The notes: a model not told the origin generated them from the sequence alone. A stretch of 64,000 nt of DNA from Zygnema circumcarinatum SAG 698-1b (GCA_037447605.1 CM074804.1:1240001-1304000), one strand, 5' to 3'; shown: positions 24,241-38,296, counted from the stretch's first letter. Translations and numbers: made by a program.

Positions 24241-26721
24241 GGTATACAGGCCTGTTCAGACGCACTTGGTATTCGCGTCCTTGGTTGCCCTTTTGGGGCT
24301 GCATCGTATGTTGACCATTTTGTGGATGATGCTTTGGTTGAAGATTTGTCTCATGTTGATGAGTTGCCTCATCTTTCTGATCCCCAGGTGGCCTTTTCCT
24401 TGCATACTCGTTGTTTTGCTTTACGTCCCTCTTATCTTTTACAGACCTTACCCCCTACCCTTGCTTTTTTGGCGTCCTTGCATACTTTTGATGAGCACCT
24501 TTTTTCTATGTGTCATCGTCTTTTGGGTCCGGGTATTTTTGACCGGCCGGAAGGTCCACTTGCTCGTCTGCAGGCCTCACTTCCTATTTCTGCAGGTGGT
24601 TTGGGGCTTGTCCCCAGTGCGCGTGTTGCATCCCCTGCTTTTTTGGGTAGCTAGGCTCTTGTTGCTCCAGTTTTAGCCAGCGTTTCCTTGTGAAGTGATG
24701 GTCGTTGCCCAGTCTGTTTATTTGCTCATGTTGATGATGAATTAAATCTTAGTTCGAGGTTGCTTTAGCGTCTTTGCTTTCGTGGTTTTGCTCCTCTAGC
24801 CAGCTGACCGCGTCCCCCCCCCTTTTGCTTCTTTAGCTATTGAATCAGTTTCACGTGTCCAGCCCACTGTGACCGAGGAGGTTGTTGCCGCTGATTTTTC
24901 TACCCTTCTTGCGGCTCTCCTTCCGATGTTGCGTCTTCCGGTTCGCGATCTTGTCTTTGGTCACAGTCGCGAGGGGCGTGGTTGGCGCTACCCCGATTTT
25001 TCCACCCGCCGGCTCTCTCAGGGCGGTTTGACTTCTTTAGCGTCTTAAATCTTGGGCTCCCCACCCCCTTCTGGGGCTCAGATTGTAGTTGTAGTGGATT
25101 GATTGATCGCATGGTGCCACCTTCTTAGATTTGTCGCGGTGGCAGGCGCATCTTGGCCCACAATGTGGTCCGTGACGCTATTGCCGCCGTGGCTCAGGAA
25201 GCGGGTTACCTTGTGCAGCGCGAGCCGTCCCATGTTATCCCACCTCGACAGACTACGACAGGCGAGCGCGGCGTGCGTCCCGACCTTGCTCGTTTGGATG
25301 GGGCGCGGCGTATTTTTGGAGACGTTGTATTGGCTGATCCGACTCGTCGTGGCTTATTATCCCGTTCTGCACACCACGAGGGCGTCGCTGCTCGAGACAC
25401 GGCCCTCCGTAAAGAGCGCGCATATGCTCATCGCGACTCGGCCGATGAGTTTGTTCCATTGGCGGTCGAGATTTTTGGCTGCCTCGATGCTCGGTTGGAC
25501 GTTTTCCTTCGCCAGTGCGCCCATCGCTCCTTTGAGATGCACGGCCCCGGAAGCCCACCCCCCGCGATCCTCGCGGCTTTTTATCGACAACGCATTTCTA
25601 TCGCTTTGCAGCGTTGCCTTGCTTCCACCATCCTCCGGCGTGCAGCGGTTGTTGGTGCTCGTCCCGGTGGTCTCCCGCCCCTTCCTACGCGTGCTGCGCC
25701 ACATCTTGGCGACCTTCGCGGCTGCTTCTAGTGCCGTGTTGTTGGGCCTAGGAGTAGACATCCGTTCAGAAGCTTTTTCTTTGACCTTTAGTCCATTGTG
25801 ACCGCTCCCTTTGGTTCCCGATGTTGATTTCCTTCCTGTACGTTTGATGGCTTTGCCATCGTGAGTTCAATATATCATTTCCGTTATCGTGTCAATTTGT
25901 CCCCTGAATAAGCTATTTACGATACTTAGGGGTTATCCCTTATTTGAAGAGGCCAGGCGGTTACTGTACGAACCGTATGTCGACGTTGACTGGTTCTATC
26001 CGTACGACCCTAGATGGTACGGTTCTTTGTTTCGTACGCTTTCTCCGAAGGTGCGGGTGACCGATTCAGATGTCGACCGTACGGTCGTACCATACCAAAA
26101 TTTGGTCGTTTTGGCGTTGGCGTTGCGAAATGCGTTCGCCTGCTTTTCTGTCTGCTCGTGCTCGGGCCGCATAATACCGTACATTCGTACGACCGTACGA
26201 TATATCAGCCGTTATCTATTCGTCACAGTTGTATAATATAATATATAATATATAATCGTAACTAATCCATCCCTAAGTGGGACCCGAGGGCGGCCCGCCG
26301 GAGTCGGCGCGCTTTGCGACGTGCGGAGGGCGCGGGGGGACATGGAACGGAAAACACGTTTCCAGTATTACTGGAGCCAGTTTATACGGAATACATAGAA
26401 CTTCAATCTGCGTAAAAATCGAATAGCAAAACCCTAGAAACACACACATGGAAACAGACTGAAGTACCGAAATGTACTTCAAAATTTTAGAGAATTATTT
26501 CATGCCGAGTGACAGTTCCACAAGACGTGGCATCATTCCTCGGCCTCTCCACACAACCCCACACACGGACTGACTGCTCCTTTCAGAAAGAAAAGAAAAA
26601 ACAAGAATTCCCACATGCCCAAATTACAATCCTCGCCCCCCCCATCCCATCACCCATCCATGCCTATGCTCCCCCGCCCATCCCATAACCCATCCATCGA
26701 TCTCCACGCCCCCCCATCCCA

Positions 26722-29188
26722 TCACCCATCCATGTCCATGGACCCCCCGCCATCCCCATCCCCATCCCCCTCCGCTGCCCCCCCCCCCAAACTCAATTCC
26801 TCCAAAAGCTCCTCCAACGGAATCTCCGGCGGCTCCTCCCCCTCCCCCTGCTCGGTCATCGCGTCGGGGTCCGCCGGTTTGGGCACATAGCTGGGGTCCC
26901 GGAACACCGCAATCTTGGACCGCATTTCGGGGTCCTCCTCGACCTCCTCCAGGAACCGCTCATAGTCCGACCGCTCCCTGTCGTCCACGGACCGCCCCGC
27001 CACCGACTCCTCCTCCATGGCCAAACTCTTCAGCTTCCATGGTCGTGGTTTGCCCCTCCGTTTCCGTCGCTTCTCCTCGTACGACTTCCGTACCAACACA
27101 ACGTCGGGCAGCTGCAACGACTTGTACTTGTCTAATTCTTCGTCGTTCGTGTTGGCTGCATATAAGTCATACCCTAACGCACTGTCTCCGGGGTTCAGCA
27201 AATTTCCCAAGTGGGTCCTCACGTGAAACATGGTATCGTTCTTCCCAAAATCCGAAGCTCTTGCAACTTGCACATCCGCTAGAGCCAAGTTCTTAGACCC
27301 GCCCCTTCCATAGTCAAAGCTGCTCTGATCGACCGGCTCAACATCGAGTACAACATACTCAACCAGCTGCTTAGAAGATAGAAGTCTTCGAAAAGCATTT
27401 CTCCAATATTGGGTAGCGTCTAAATGGGCCGTCCGTAGCGTGTTAGGGTCAAGGAGAAGCAGACAGTTGGAGACTCGGAGACATAACACAATAGGGCCAA
27501 GGTTTCCCAGAGAGACTGCCATTTTCTGGGGGAGACATATAAGGTCGTCTTTACAGATAGGGCAAATTTCGACAGAAAATGTGAACTTGTAGTTGTACGT
27601 GTTGCTCTTGGAGTCCTGGGAGACGAGCTGCTTGTCGTTTCTTGACTGAATTGGCACGACTCCGTTGAGAAAATCCAAAAATTTCAGTGCGTGACTTCGG
27701 TTTCCGTAGAAGAAGTCCACGCCGTCGTGCATGCGCTTCATGTTGATTGTGTTCGCATCTGCGCCGTGTTTCAGGATCAACTGTTCAAGGAAGAAGAAGG
27801 TCCGTTTGTGATCCACTTTTTGCCGGACTTGAACCACGGCGATCCACTGGTCCGGATTTGCAGCCACTCGTGAACACTGGTCGCACATGTGGTCTTCCAC
27901 AACATATTCCGCTACAAAGGTTTGCTGCAGAATGGCTCCATTCAGGACCTCTTTTTGGATGGTGATCTGCAGAAGCAGCAGCAGCAAGGAAATATTGAGA
28001 TTTTTCCTGTAAATGATGGATGTTAAGAAAAAGAATTAGAGGAGAGGGAGAGAGGGGCAAGCAAAGGGCCGGGAAGAGAGGGAAGAGAGAGAGAAGGAGA
28101 GCGAGGAGGAAGAGAGCAGTGCAACAGAGAGAGAGGGAGAAGGGCGGACAAGGGAATCATTAGACCCGTAACAGAAAATTACTTCAGAAAGTTCCGGAAA
28201 ACCTGAAAAACCCAATATGGCATATCTGAATCGCTCAAATCAGAAACCCTAAAAACAAAAAAGCATTAATTTCCATACCTTAACTTTCAGACGCTTTGAA
28301 TGAGGCTCCGTCCAAATGAAGCCGGCGTCCACCAGCTTTACCTTTGAAAGATTTTTTATCCTCTGCCCCTCCGCATGGGCAGGAAAGAAAAAACGTGAGC
28401 GGACGAGAATAGAAACCAGAGGCTTGATTTCGACAGTCGAGAGTGAAGAAAAAGAGACTAAAAAGAGGACAGACAAGGAAAAGAACCGAAAGACTTCTAA
28501 AATGTCTTGATTCTCTGCTTGTGCTGAATACCTCCAAGGCACAAGGAAAAAGAAAGAAGGGAGAACCAATTGCTGCTCAAGGCTTGCCAAGCCCTTTGAA
28601 ACAGACACCTTCTTAAACCTGGAAACTCGCCAATTTCAAAGCCTAAAAACTCTCCTCCCCCTCCTCTCGCTCCCTATTCGCTCTCCTTCCTCTATATCTC
28701 GTCGCTCTCGTCCTCCTCTCCCTCCGGCACTCTGTATCTCCCCAACTCGCTCCCGTCTCCCTCTTCACTCTGTCCCTCTCTTTCTCATCTCTCTCCCTCT
28801 CTTTCTCGGTCCCCCCTCCCCCTCCCTTCTCCCCTCCCCCTCTCTTCCCCCTCCGTCTCTCCCCTCCCTCTCTCTCTACCCTCTCTCACTCCCCTCTCTC
28901 ACTCCCCTCTCTCCCCCTCCCCGCTCCTACCTTTAAGCAGAAGGTAAGCAGCTCCCTGGACTCAAGGTTGGCCCGGATCCACGTGTTGGGCGGCTGCAGG
29001 TAGCGCTCGCACTCTCTGCAGAAGAGCACTGCAAGGCGGCGCTGGAGGCCCTCCGTGATGTCCACGTGGCTGCGCACGCAGCTCACGCACAGGTTCGCCG
29101 CGTTCGGCGCCATAGAGGTGCCGCACAGCGGGCACAGCACGCTGCCGGCGGTCTGCTGCACATGGAACATGTCGCCGGCCATGGCCAT
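26722..29188 (-). CDS. NMD3: 60S ribosomal export protein NMD3; exons 28931-29188, 28279-28362, 26722-27966
   Basis: CPLCG...NLCVSC, FCRECERYLQPP, FIWTEPHSKRLKVK, CDQC, QVRQKVDHKRTFFFLEQLILKH motifs; in-frame GT-AG junctions. Confidence 0.97.
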
Positions 29189-31186
29189 GGCAAGGAGGGG
29201 GGGGGTGGGAAGTCGGGGAGGGAGGGAGGGAGGGGGAGAGGGAGGGAGGGGGAGGAAAAGGAGGAAGAAGATGGGGTGGAATTGGAAGTTTAAAGGTGGG
29301 GAATTGGCGGGGTAGTCGAGGGGAGATGGAGGGAGGAGAGAGCGAGAGTGGGAGAGGGAGGAATTTTAAAGGGGACTGGGAGCAGGGAGAGGGGGAGGGG
29401 GAGAGAGAGGGAGGGGGAAGAGAGATGGGTAGGTGAGGGACGAGGGGGGAGGGAAAAGAAAGGCGGAGGGCGGGCCTAAAGGCGCAGTGGGAGGGGAAAT
29501 AGAGGAAGCATTTGTGCAGAGAGAGAGCGAGAGAGAGGCAGAAAGGGAGTCCGCGCCGCCAAAGCGCTCGCTTTAGAGGAAAATAATTACCGGGCTAGGT
29601 CTAGTTCGGCTCCGACCAAACGTAATGACTAACTAATCACGTAGAAACAAGCGAAGTAATTATGAATGACTAACTGTGATTGTTTTGACTGAACAAAATG
29701 TGACCAAAGCGTAGACTATAACTGCGAGAGTGACTAGTAAAGCTCGGATCGCTGTGGGCCTGCTGCCTAAAGCTTCGAGTTTCCCGAAAATGTAAATATT
29801 GAAAACGAGTACATTTATATTTGAATTTGAACCTGTGAGTGGTATTCAAAATTACTCGTTCTGAAATAAATCCATGTGAAAGTTTGGCTCGCCCGCTTGC
29901 GTGGTCTGCACGTTAGGGCTGCTCTTTGGCTGGCGGGGGAAATGAGGGTTACGGCGACGGGGCCTTGCTCCGCGGAGAGGGAGAGAGAATATGGTTGCAA
30001 TAGGAATGAATGTGATAAGATAAGATGCCATATGTTGGTTGCTGTAATATAAAGTGATAATAATAACATGATGAGAGATGATGGTATGGCTGCGTCGATG
30101 TGCGCGCAGAAGCTGCAGTCATGCTTTTGAAGAATGGCAGCGAGACCAGGGGGGGCTGCTGGAGAGGGTAAGCAGGCGTAACTTGTCTGCTGTCATGCCA
30201 AGTTAGTTTGGTTGATGCTAGTCAGAAATAATGGTTCTGTGCAGATTCGATAGCCAAAGATGGGGACCGTAGGGTGTCTGAAAGACATGCATGCGGAAAC
30301 GTGTATGCAGTGAACTGTCTGTTGGAACGATTCGGCACTACTTCTTCCTGTGCCGATTACGGGAAACCGAAATTGAAAATCAAACTCTGCAATGCGATTG
30401 GAAGGCAATGCGAGAGAATCCTTTCAGATTTGTTTTCTTCATGATTCGTGTTCCTGTTCGCGCATGCAAACGTGCAATGTTCGCCCCGGAACATCACATG
30501 CACTCCCCTCGGATAATCTTAATAAAGGAAAACGAAGAAAAAGTTGGGGGAAATGCACAGTTGCAGTGAAACTCTTGCGCTCTCTGAAAGCCAATTCTTG
30601 TGTGCGAGAGGGGCGAGGGGCAGAGCGAGAGAGGGAGAGAGAGAGAGAGAGAAAAAAAGAGGGAGAGAGAGGGGATTGTGAGTGATTGTGAGAGAGGCGA
30701 GAGGGAAAACGAAAATGATTGCTAGGGAGCGAGGGAGAGATAGCGAGAGAAGAGTGAGTGAGTGGGACCGAGAGAAAAAGATTCGGAGGGAGGGGGAGAG
30801 GAAAAAGGGAGATTGAGAGTCAGGGAGCGAGTGTGAGGGGGGGGGAAGAGAGAGGTTGAGAGAGAGAGAGGGAGGGAGAGATAGAGCGAGGGAAAGAGAG
30901 AGAGAGGGTGGGTGAGAGGCGGGGAAAGGGAGAAAGTCATACACACACATGACGGCATTGCACTGACAAGGATATGACCGTTCCATCTCACTCTCAGTGA
31001 TGATCACTGTCCTTCAAAACGATTGTATTCAAAAGAATCATAGAACAAGTTCCCAGTCTACCAAGTCTTAATGTCAACTTAGTTTTATTTTTTCTTAAGC
31101 CAGCTATGTTAATCTCGCCCCTTTTTGTTGGAGCAGAAAAGGAGTGCGTGCGAGATCCCATAGTGAAGGGAGGGGAGCGGCCGCTG

Positions 31187-34100
31187 ATGGAGTGGTGGAA
31201 CATTGCTTTCCGGCTCAGCCAACCTTCTTCCTCCTCTGAGAGAGAAGCAGGTGGGATATGTGCGGGGGCTTTGCGCATTTTTTCCAATTTTTTTTTTGAA
31301 TTTTTTTTTCTCATATTGCTGAATTCGTAGAGATTTGTGCAAATCGCGAAGTCTGCAGAATTTGCAGCTTCTTTCGGTCGTCGACTGGAGCATGCACAAA
31401 TACGCGTTCTTTGCTTCAAATTCTTTCACCAAGAGACCCTATATTCAGGTTATCCTGATGCTCTAGATTCCTTAACACTGTGGAAACCCTAAACCAGGCA
31501 TACCTCGTTGTAGGCTCACTCAATTTCCACTCATGGAGGATGTTTTCACTTCCTTTTCGCAGATGCTTCCACTTCAGCAGCACCCACTAGTGAGACAGTT
31601 CTGCTTTCCGGTGATCCTTCAAGCAGAGAACTGAAACCTGAAAGCTTTGGGAGACTTGAAGGCCCATCATGCGTTGGAAATTCTAATAATATGACATGTT
31701 TTGAAGGCTCTGAAAACTCAGAAGGGAATCCTCATACTGAGCAGCAGCTCAGCCCCCAATCGAGTTCTGAAGAAAAAGTTGGTTTTGTAGCATCAGCTGC
31801 TGCTTCTTGGAAAGGGTATGTCTCTATTGTTGAATTAAGTTTGACACCACTTTAAAACTTTGAAAGCGTTTTGTCTGAAAGATGGTTGTTATTGGCGAGG
31901 TAATATGTCCATATGAACAAAAGGATGTGCTTTTCTCTTTCATTTTTTTCCTAGAATTTGACTCAAACTTCAATCTGCAGATTGATGAACCGCGTCCAAA
32001 AAACAGTTCGAGGTTCAGCCGATGATATTGGATGGCTTCAGAAGCTTCCAGGAACCCGCCCAGTGAAGGACCGAACCGGTCGTTTTGTGACTCTTTTAGG
32101 AAGAGTGACGTCAGTTCTGCCTCCTTCCAAACTTCAAAATTTCGCATATTATTCACTACAGCTCAACCCGCCCATTGTGAATTCTTTTTGGGATGTGTAG
32201 GACTTGAACTTATCGTAGGGCACACCCCCTCAGTTCCGACATGCAACATCATCTCATATTGATGGAAAGAGAGAGGGAGAGGTTAGAGAGAGAGAGAGAG
32301 AGATTGTTGAGAGATTATATAGGCTCCCATAAGCGATCAACTTATGTGCAGATTTATCTAGTGCTCAATTGGGTGTTTTGAGCTTGTGTGAACGAAAAAT
32401 GACTATCTCTTACTTTTTATGTGTTTTTTAGCTGATTTTGGGATTCTTTTTCATTTTGCATTGTAGGAATGGAGTCCACACATTGCCGGATTCATTTGTA
32501 TACCTCCTAGTTCCAGGTATTTACTGTCTCAGCCCAATTCACGCCCAATTCATTTGACCGTTCAGTTCCCGAAATTTCATACAAATAGCTTCAAATTAGA
32601 CATGTTGAAGTACTTGTTCCAAACTCGTGTTTTAGCTTAGGAACATTTTCTCCCTTTTTCCTGTTTTATGGCTCATTACTATGTAGGCCTATTCAGCAAT
32701 CATGGGCCGTTATATTTCCAAGACACAAAAAAACATTTCTCGAAGTTGGGGCTCCCTTGCCACATTGCGCGCATCCATAGCGAGGTTTGTTTCAGTCTCT
32801 CCGTTCCGTCTAACGTAACGCAATCAACCACTTTTTGCTGGTTTCGGCATTCGTGTTATTTCGAAACTTGGCTAAAACGAAAAGGGCTAGCAATAATACC
32901 TTCTATGCCTACACAACTTCAAGAACAATCTTGTACAAACCTACAAGACCCACAAACCTACAAATTCTTATTCTTTTTCGACTTCCTTATGCATATATCC
33001 ATGCCAGGCATCTGTGGAAAAGAATGCTGAGGAGGTGAAGAAATACGTGGAGGAACTCTATTGGGGTACGGGAAAAAAAATCGTCATTTTGGGCCACAGT
33101 AAAGGAGGGGTAGATTCAGCCGCTGCTCTCTCCTTAAACTGGGAAAATTTAAAGGAGAAAGTCGCGGGTCTGGTCATCATTCAAAGCCCGTATGGAGGGA
33201 GCCCAATCGCTTCCGATCTCCTTCGGGAAGGGCAGATTTGGGACTCTCAGTCAAGAAGTATAATGGAAATGCTGATCCGTACACTCATCAAGGTGCTTCT
33301 CTAAACTATGTCCAGAGCTTTGGAAGTCATGTCATACCTTGGTAAAATTGCCAAGTTTTCAGATTGCTGGCGACCCCAATAGTGAAGTTGAATGATATCG
33401 ATGGTGTTGAATGAAGGCTTCAGGTTTAGCTGCCTTGGAAGGCATCTAGCAACCCTAGGATGTAGTTTGGAACACCCCCAAAACTTGGAAATTACTGAAT
33501 CTCCAAAATTCACAAGTCAAAACGTCGGTTAATCCTGTTGATACGCAGATTCTGGGGCCTTTTGACGTTAGTTTGCAGATACTTTTAAGTGAAACTAGAG
33601 CCAGTACTGTAAACCTGAGGGTCATCATTAGTGATAAATCCAATGCAAGCTTAATCAAGCCGAATGAACTTTGATATATTTCCTTGGGTAGCAGGGAGAC
33701 ATCACATGTCTGGACGATCTCACATACGACAACAGAAAGAAGTTCCTCACTTCTCATCCCCTTCCAGAGGAATTCCCTGTCGTCTCCTTCCACTCTGAAG
33801 CGAGCAGAGCTCCGGCAGCTCTCACTTCCCTCACACAAATTGCCCACGCAGACCTTCCATGGGCTTCAGTGAAAGTGGCAGGGGGAGAGGGAGATGGTGA
33901 GAGAGCGAGTGAGGAGGAGAAGAGAGAGACGGAGGAGGCAGCTGTGAGAGGGAAGGTCCCTGTCATAGTGCCTCTCCCTGCTTTGATGGCTCTATGTGCA
34001 TTGCAACTTGAGCTCCGTTACGGAACGGCGAGCGACGGAATGGTAGCACGAAAGGACGCGGAAGTTCCGGGCTCCGTAGTAGTAAGGCCTTCACGGAAAA

Positions 34101-34378
34101 TGGATCATGCATGGATGGTGTACTCTCCCACATGGAAAGACCCTAAAGATGTGGATGCCCCTCAGATGTGTGAGGCTCTCATCACCCTGTTGATGGATAG
34201 CTACCCCGAAATCATGAAGAACATGGCTGTGAATAGAGAGTTGGGGAGAGAGGAGAAACTCAAGGGAGAAGGAGACCGTGAGAGAGAGGAGGCCTTAAGT
34301 GAGCTTCTGAATGCTTCCAAGGGAGACCCAAAGGCTGCAGAGGAGCATGACCGAGCCCTTATGAAGGAAGGGAGGTGA
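31187..34378 (+). CDS. Plant alpha/beta-hydrolase/lipase-like protein (GHSKGG family), multi-exon; start uncertain
   Basis: Exons encode GSADDIGWLQKLPG, NGVHTLPDSFVYLLVPG-LFSNHGPLYF, ILGHSKGGVD, IQSPYGGSPIASD, DDLTYDNRKKFL, SDGMVARKDAEVPGS and MDHAWMVY. Confidence 0.9.
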
Positions 34379-35635
34379 GCCAATGAATGGGCACTTTCTG
34401 AATATGTAGACATTTGAGAAACGTGCTACGTGAAGAGCTTTTTGTTAGAGTACAGAAAAGATGTACAGTGTAATCACATGGAGAGTGGTTGTGTCATGTC
34501 ACGACTAGGGAGGACTGCTTCTTGTATCTTTATACGAGGCGTTGATTTTTTGTCTTTTCGAGAGTGTAGGTTAGACGTGCTTCTGCGACGATATTAGGAA
34601 GCCTTGTAGCAATTGTATAATTTCCACAATTTGATGAGAGAAACAGTTAGCTCATTCGACGGGATTTCGCGGCGAATCATAGGAAGTGTTGTCCTTCCTG
34701 TGTTCAGCTTTTTGTAGTCAGAAGATGAGGAAAGTCTAGGGGTTCAGAATTCTGCTCAAATCTATTAATTCGTCGTATGGAGAAGAAACCGTACAGAAAA
34801 CGGAGTGGATGGGAGGAAAATTCTTGGTAACGTCAATTGATTTTTTCATGAGTTTTCTTACCCCTTTCAGGGAGTGCCCATATGGCAAAACATTCATATA
34901 TTCGCCTTATGAATCATCTCCAAAAAGTGATGCCCTCCCTCCCTTTCTTTCACTCTCACTCACTTTCTCTCTCTCCCCTTCTCTCTTTCTGGCTCTCCCT
35001 CCTCCCACCCCGGCTCCCCTCCCCTTCACCCCTCTTCCTCTACCTCCCCTGTCCTTAAGCAAGGTGTAAACACTAGGCATATAGGAAAACGAACCCTTTT
35101 GAAACTTGATATGTGCAATTAGGCTGCTCAGATGCTGTTGAAGAAAAACGTTGCGCAAGATTTGCTTTACTGCAATAGACTACAAGAGTTCAACAAACCA
35201 AGTGTTTACAGCAGACAGGCACAGCTCCATTGATTTATACCGTTAGCTACCTTTATCTTTAAAAAAATACTTTGTGGCTTTCTCAGCATCTCTTTTGACT
35301 CAAATCTCTTTCTTAAAAAAATCCATATGTACACAAAAGTCCATTTGCCAAGCCATCATTTTTGGCCTCATCTAACCCTAAATCGAAAAGCGACCTCGTG
35401 TGTTCATACAACCCAACTTTATCTAAACTGAAGAGAACCGACAAATCCGTGTGAAGGATGAGCAGAACTTGCAAACAGAAAACCCTCTCTGAGAAGGAGT
35501 CTACTCACTCAGCTGCTCCAACGAAAAGCTTTTCACGGACGACAAAGACTTGGGACAAACATCTGACAACTTTTCTTGTCCCTCTCTCCCTATCTCTCCC
35601 CCTTTTTTTACTTTCTGGGACCCCAAGTCCAAATG

Positions 35636-37501
35636 CTACTCTTCGCTCGCCAAGCAGCTGTCCACCATGTCTGCAAGATTTTCGTTTTCAAGAGCTGCTG
35701 CAACGCGCTCCTTGTCATTCAACTGCTTGTTCACTGAACGGCCCTCCCACAAATAGCAATGGAACCCTCGATAATATGGTTCAGAATTATGACGAGTGTG
35801 ACACAAAAAGCTAACAAAATGGACAAAATGGTGATTGAGATGTCTCTGATGACCTAATGGGTCCGGGGGGGAAAGGAGGCGAGCGAGAGGGAGTGGGAGT
35901 GGGAGTGGGACTATAAAACGGGGAGAGGAAGGTAGAGATTGGAGAGGAACATTTGAGAGAGGAGGGCAGAGAATGAGATGCGAGATAGCGATGGGAGACA
36001 AACATTTGGGAGGGAAGGAGGGAGAGGGCGGGTGAGAAAAAGCAGGAGGCTGGAAGAGGGAGAGTAACGAACAGAAGGCTCGGTCGGGGAAAGTAGGAAG
36101 GCGAATACATGTTAAGTATAAAGCAGTAGCGTGCGACCACAACCTTCAAACACTCATTTACTTGTCACTCACAATATCACTTACTCCTTTCAAGACAAGC
36201 AGTCTCAACTTTCAGCTTCAAAACAGCTTAACCCTAAAATCGAATTCAACAGGCCCACCTGCAAGCTCTGAGGCGTGGGATCCCGCCGCCACTCTTATCT
36301 CCACCTGCTCCATGCACATGCGTTCAGTTTAAAAGAGATTTCATCTAAGGAATCCAAGCTTTGGCTGGTAAAATAAGATATTGTTGAAAAGAAAAGTTGG
36401 GTGTCGACTTCTAGCATAAAATTTCACTTTAAGGGAAAACATGAAAGCCTTTTAATCCCACGTCCCCTCCCCCAATCCCACACACACTTTTTTTTTTCAA
36501 CATATTCCATATTTCCAGGCCATTGATTCTGACCTTAAATCGTGCCGGAAGCGAGCGTAAAAGTTTGACTCGAATGCAGAGACCAATGAGCGTGGCCATG
36601 CTGCAGTGCTGCACTGTCGGAGTAAAGTCAATTCTGCGAAAAAAATAAAAGGAAGACACCAATATGAGAATATGCAAATAAATTTACGAAATTCCATACA
36701 TTTTTAACTACTAAGACCCCTTCCTGCAAAAGGAAGAACTTCTCCCTCTCGCCTACTCCCCGCACAGACAGAGAAATAGCCACGGATGAGCCAAAGGGTC
36801 AGTAAAGTCGCCGACAAAAAAAATACAAAAACTCCATTTTCTCCTATTCTTGTTTCCCGTTCCCCTCATCCTTCCACGCACTTCACAAGTCCGCGCTCGT
36901 CGCTGCAGTCGATGGCCTCCTCCTTCACCACGCCGAGCTGCTCCAAAGTGTACGGATGCTCCGGGTCCTTTATGTCCCGAATGTGCTGTGCTAGCCGGTC
37001 AAGGTATCACCCAGGTGAGGGGAAGGGAAGGGAGAGAGACAGGGTGGGGGGATGGAACTAAAGGATTGAAGAAAAATAATTAAATGGCAACCGTTCTACC
37101 TCGATGGGAAAAAAATCGAACACCTTCCTCTCTCTCTCATCTCGCAATTTCATCATTAAGAAAAAAAAAACAAAAACCGCCACACTATAGCCCTTTTTCG
37201 TTTCCTTCGTCCCTTCCCCTTCTTACTGCGCAGCAACTTCTCCATAAACAATGGGCTCCACTCCCACCTTCCCCCAAAAAAAAGGCATGAGGTCCAAACT
37301 ATTAAGCAGAATGAATTGTCGAGGGGAGGGAGGGAGAGAAAAAAAAATTTGCGGGATATCAAAAATTTCTGCTGCGTCGATGCATTCTCGGGTGGACTCG
37401 TCTGCTGAGGTGGCAGTTGTTGTACACGTGGCAGCAGCAGAAGGCCGGGAACGGCGCTCGAGGACGACGGGATTTGGGTTTATCAGGGAGGGCCCCTCCA
37501 T
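35636..37501 (-). CDS. AE7: Cytosolic Fe-S assembly protein AE7/CIA2 (MIP18 family), 163 aa; exons 37360-37501, 36882-36987, 36534-36633, 36259-36304, 35636-35733
   Basis: [64 protein letters not shown]. In frame (492 nt) when intron 1 is read as AT-AC. Confidence 0.95.
36988..37359 (-). other. U12-type (minor spliceosome) AT-AC intron in AE7
   Basis: 5' end ATATCC, branch-site CCTTGAC with A at 36999 about 11 nt from a terminal AC; splicing gives [12 protein letters not shown]. Confidence 0.85.
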
Positions 37502-37698
37502 GGAGAGAGAGAGAGAGAGAGGGAGTGGGAAAAGGAGAAGGAGAGAGGGAGAGATAGAAAATCGAGGTGGAGAGAAATGAGGGGAAGGGGGGAAGAGGAG
37601 GAGAGGAGAAGAGACGGAAGGAGACAGGGACGACAGTCGGAGCGTTCGTACCGACAGAGGAGTAATCAGAGAGAGCGAGAGAGAGACAGAGAGAAAAA

Positions 37699-37761
<63 letters not shown>

Positions 37762-38265
37762 ATGACCTCTGGAGAGAAGAATATGGGAGAAGAGAATAGC
37801 AGCGAGCGAGAGGGAGCAAAGAACGGGAGGTGGTGGGGTCCATTGAAGGCCTATTATTAAAAATACTTAAGGATAAGCCAATCGGGGCTCGCCACGTACT
37901 GACGTTGACTGACGTGGCATGCATTCATTGGTCCTGTCGTACAACTTATTGCAGTTGCTGTTAGGTTCTCAGTTTAACTGAATCAGGTTCTATGTTCGGA
38001 CTGTCCGCGTGCGATGATGGGCACCGACAGGCACGTCGAGAGGGAGTAGAGGGAGTAGAGGGAGTAGAGGGAGAGAGGGAAAGCGGGAGGAGCGAGGGGG
38101 AGGGAGAGAAGAAGCGGGATGTGCAATGATATGGTGAAGTGCGAGAGAGGCGGAGAGGAGCTGCGTGAGTGAGACGGGTTGGAAGTAGAGTGTGGGGAGG
38201 TAGGGAAGGGGCGGGAGAGAGCGAGGTAAGGAAAGAGAGGTAAACAGGGAGTGAGGGGCGCAGAC

Positions 38266-38296
<31 letters not shown>

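Larger units (their letters stand above)
21826..25731 (+). mobile_element. Non-LTR retrotransposon of the restriction-like-endonuclease (RLE) type, CRE-like, single ORF, degenerate
   Basis: N-terminal zinc finger CIHCGACF...HERACP; RT motifs LVALAKP, PIAVGEVLYR, GTRQGDPLGGPLFAL, ADDTHI; C-terminal Cys/His knuckle remnant, HNVVRD, VRPDL, DVVLADP, K..AY, PLAVEIFG. Stop codon near 24652 and frameshifts at ~24.7-25.15 kb. Confidence 0.88.

Noticed and set aside
26231-26256. TATAA-like run as the LINE 3' tail
   Set aside because: No TSD could be paired with the 5' end and the run is not poly(A); the boundary is left unassigned.
28244-28253. AAACCCTA telo-box in an NMD3 intron as a ribosome-biogenesis signal
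   Set aside because: The motif is scattered through many introns of the window, so it is not specific.
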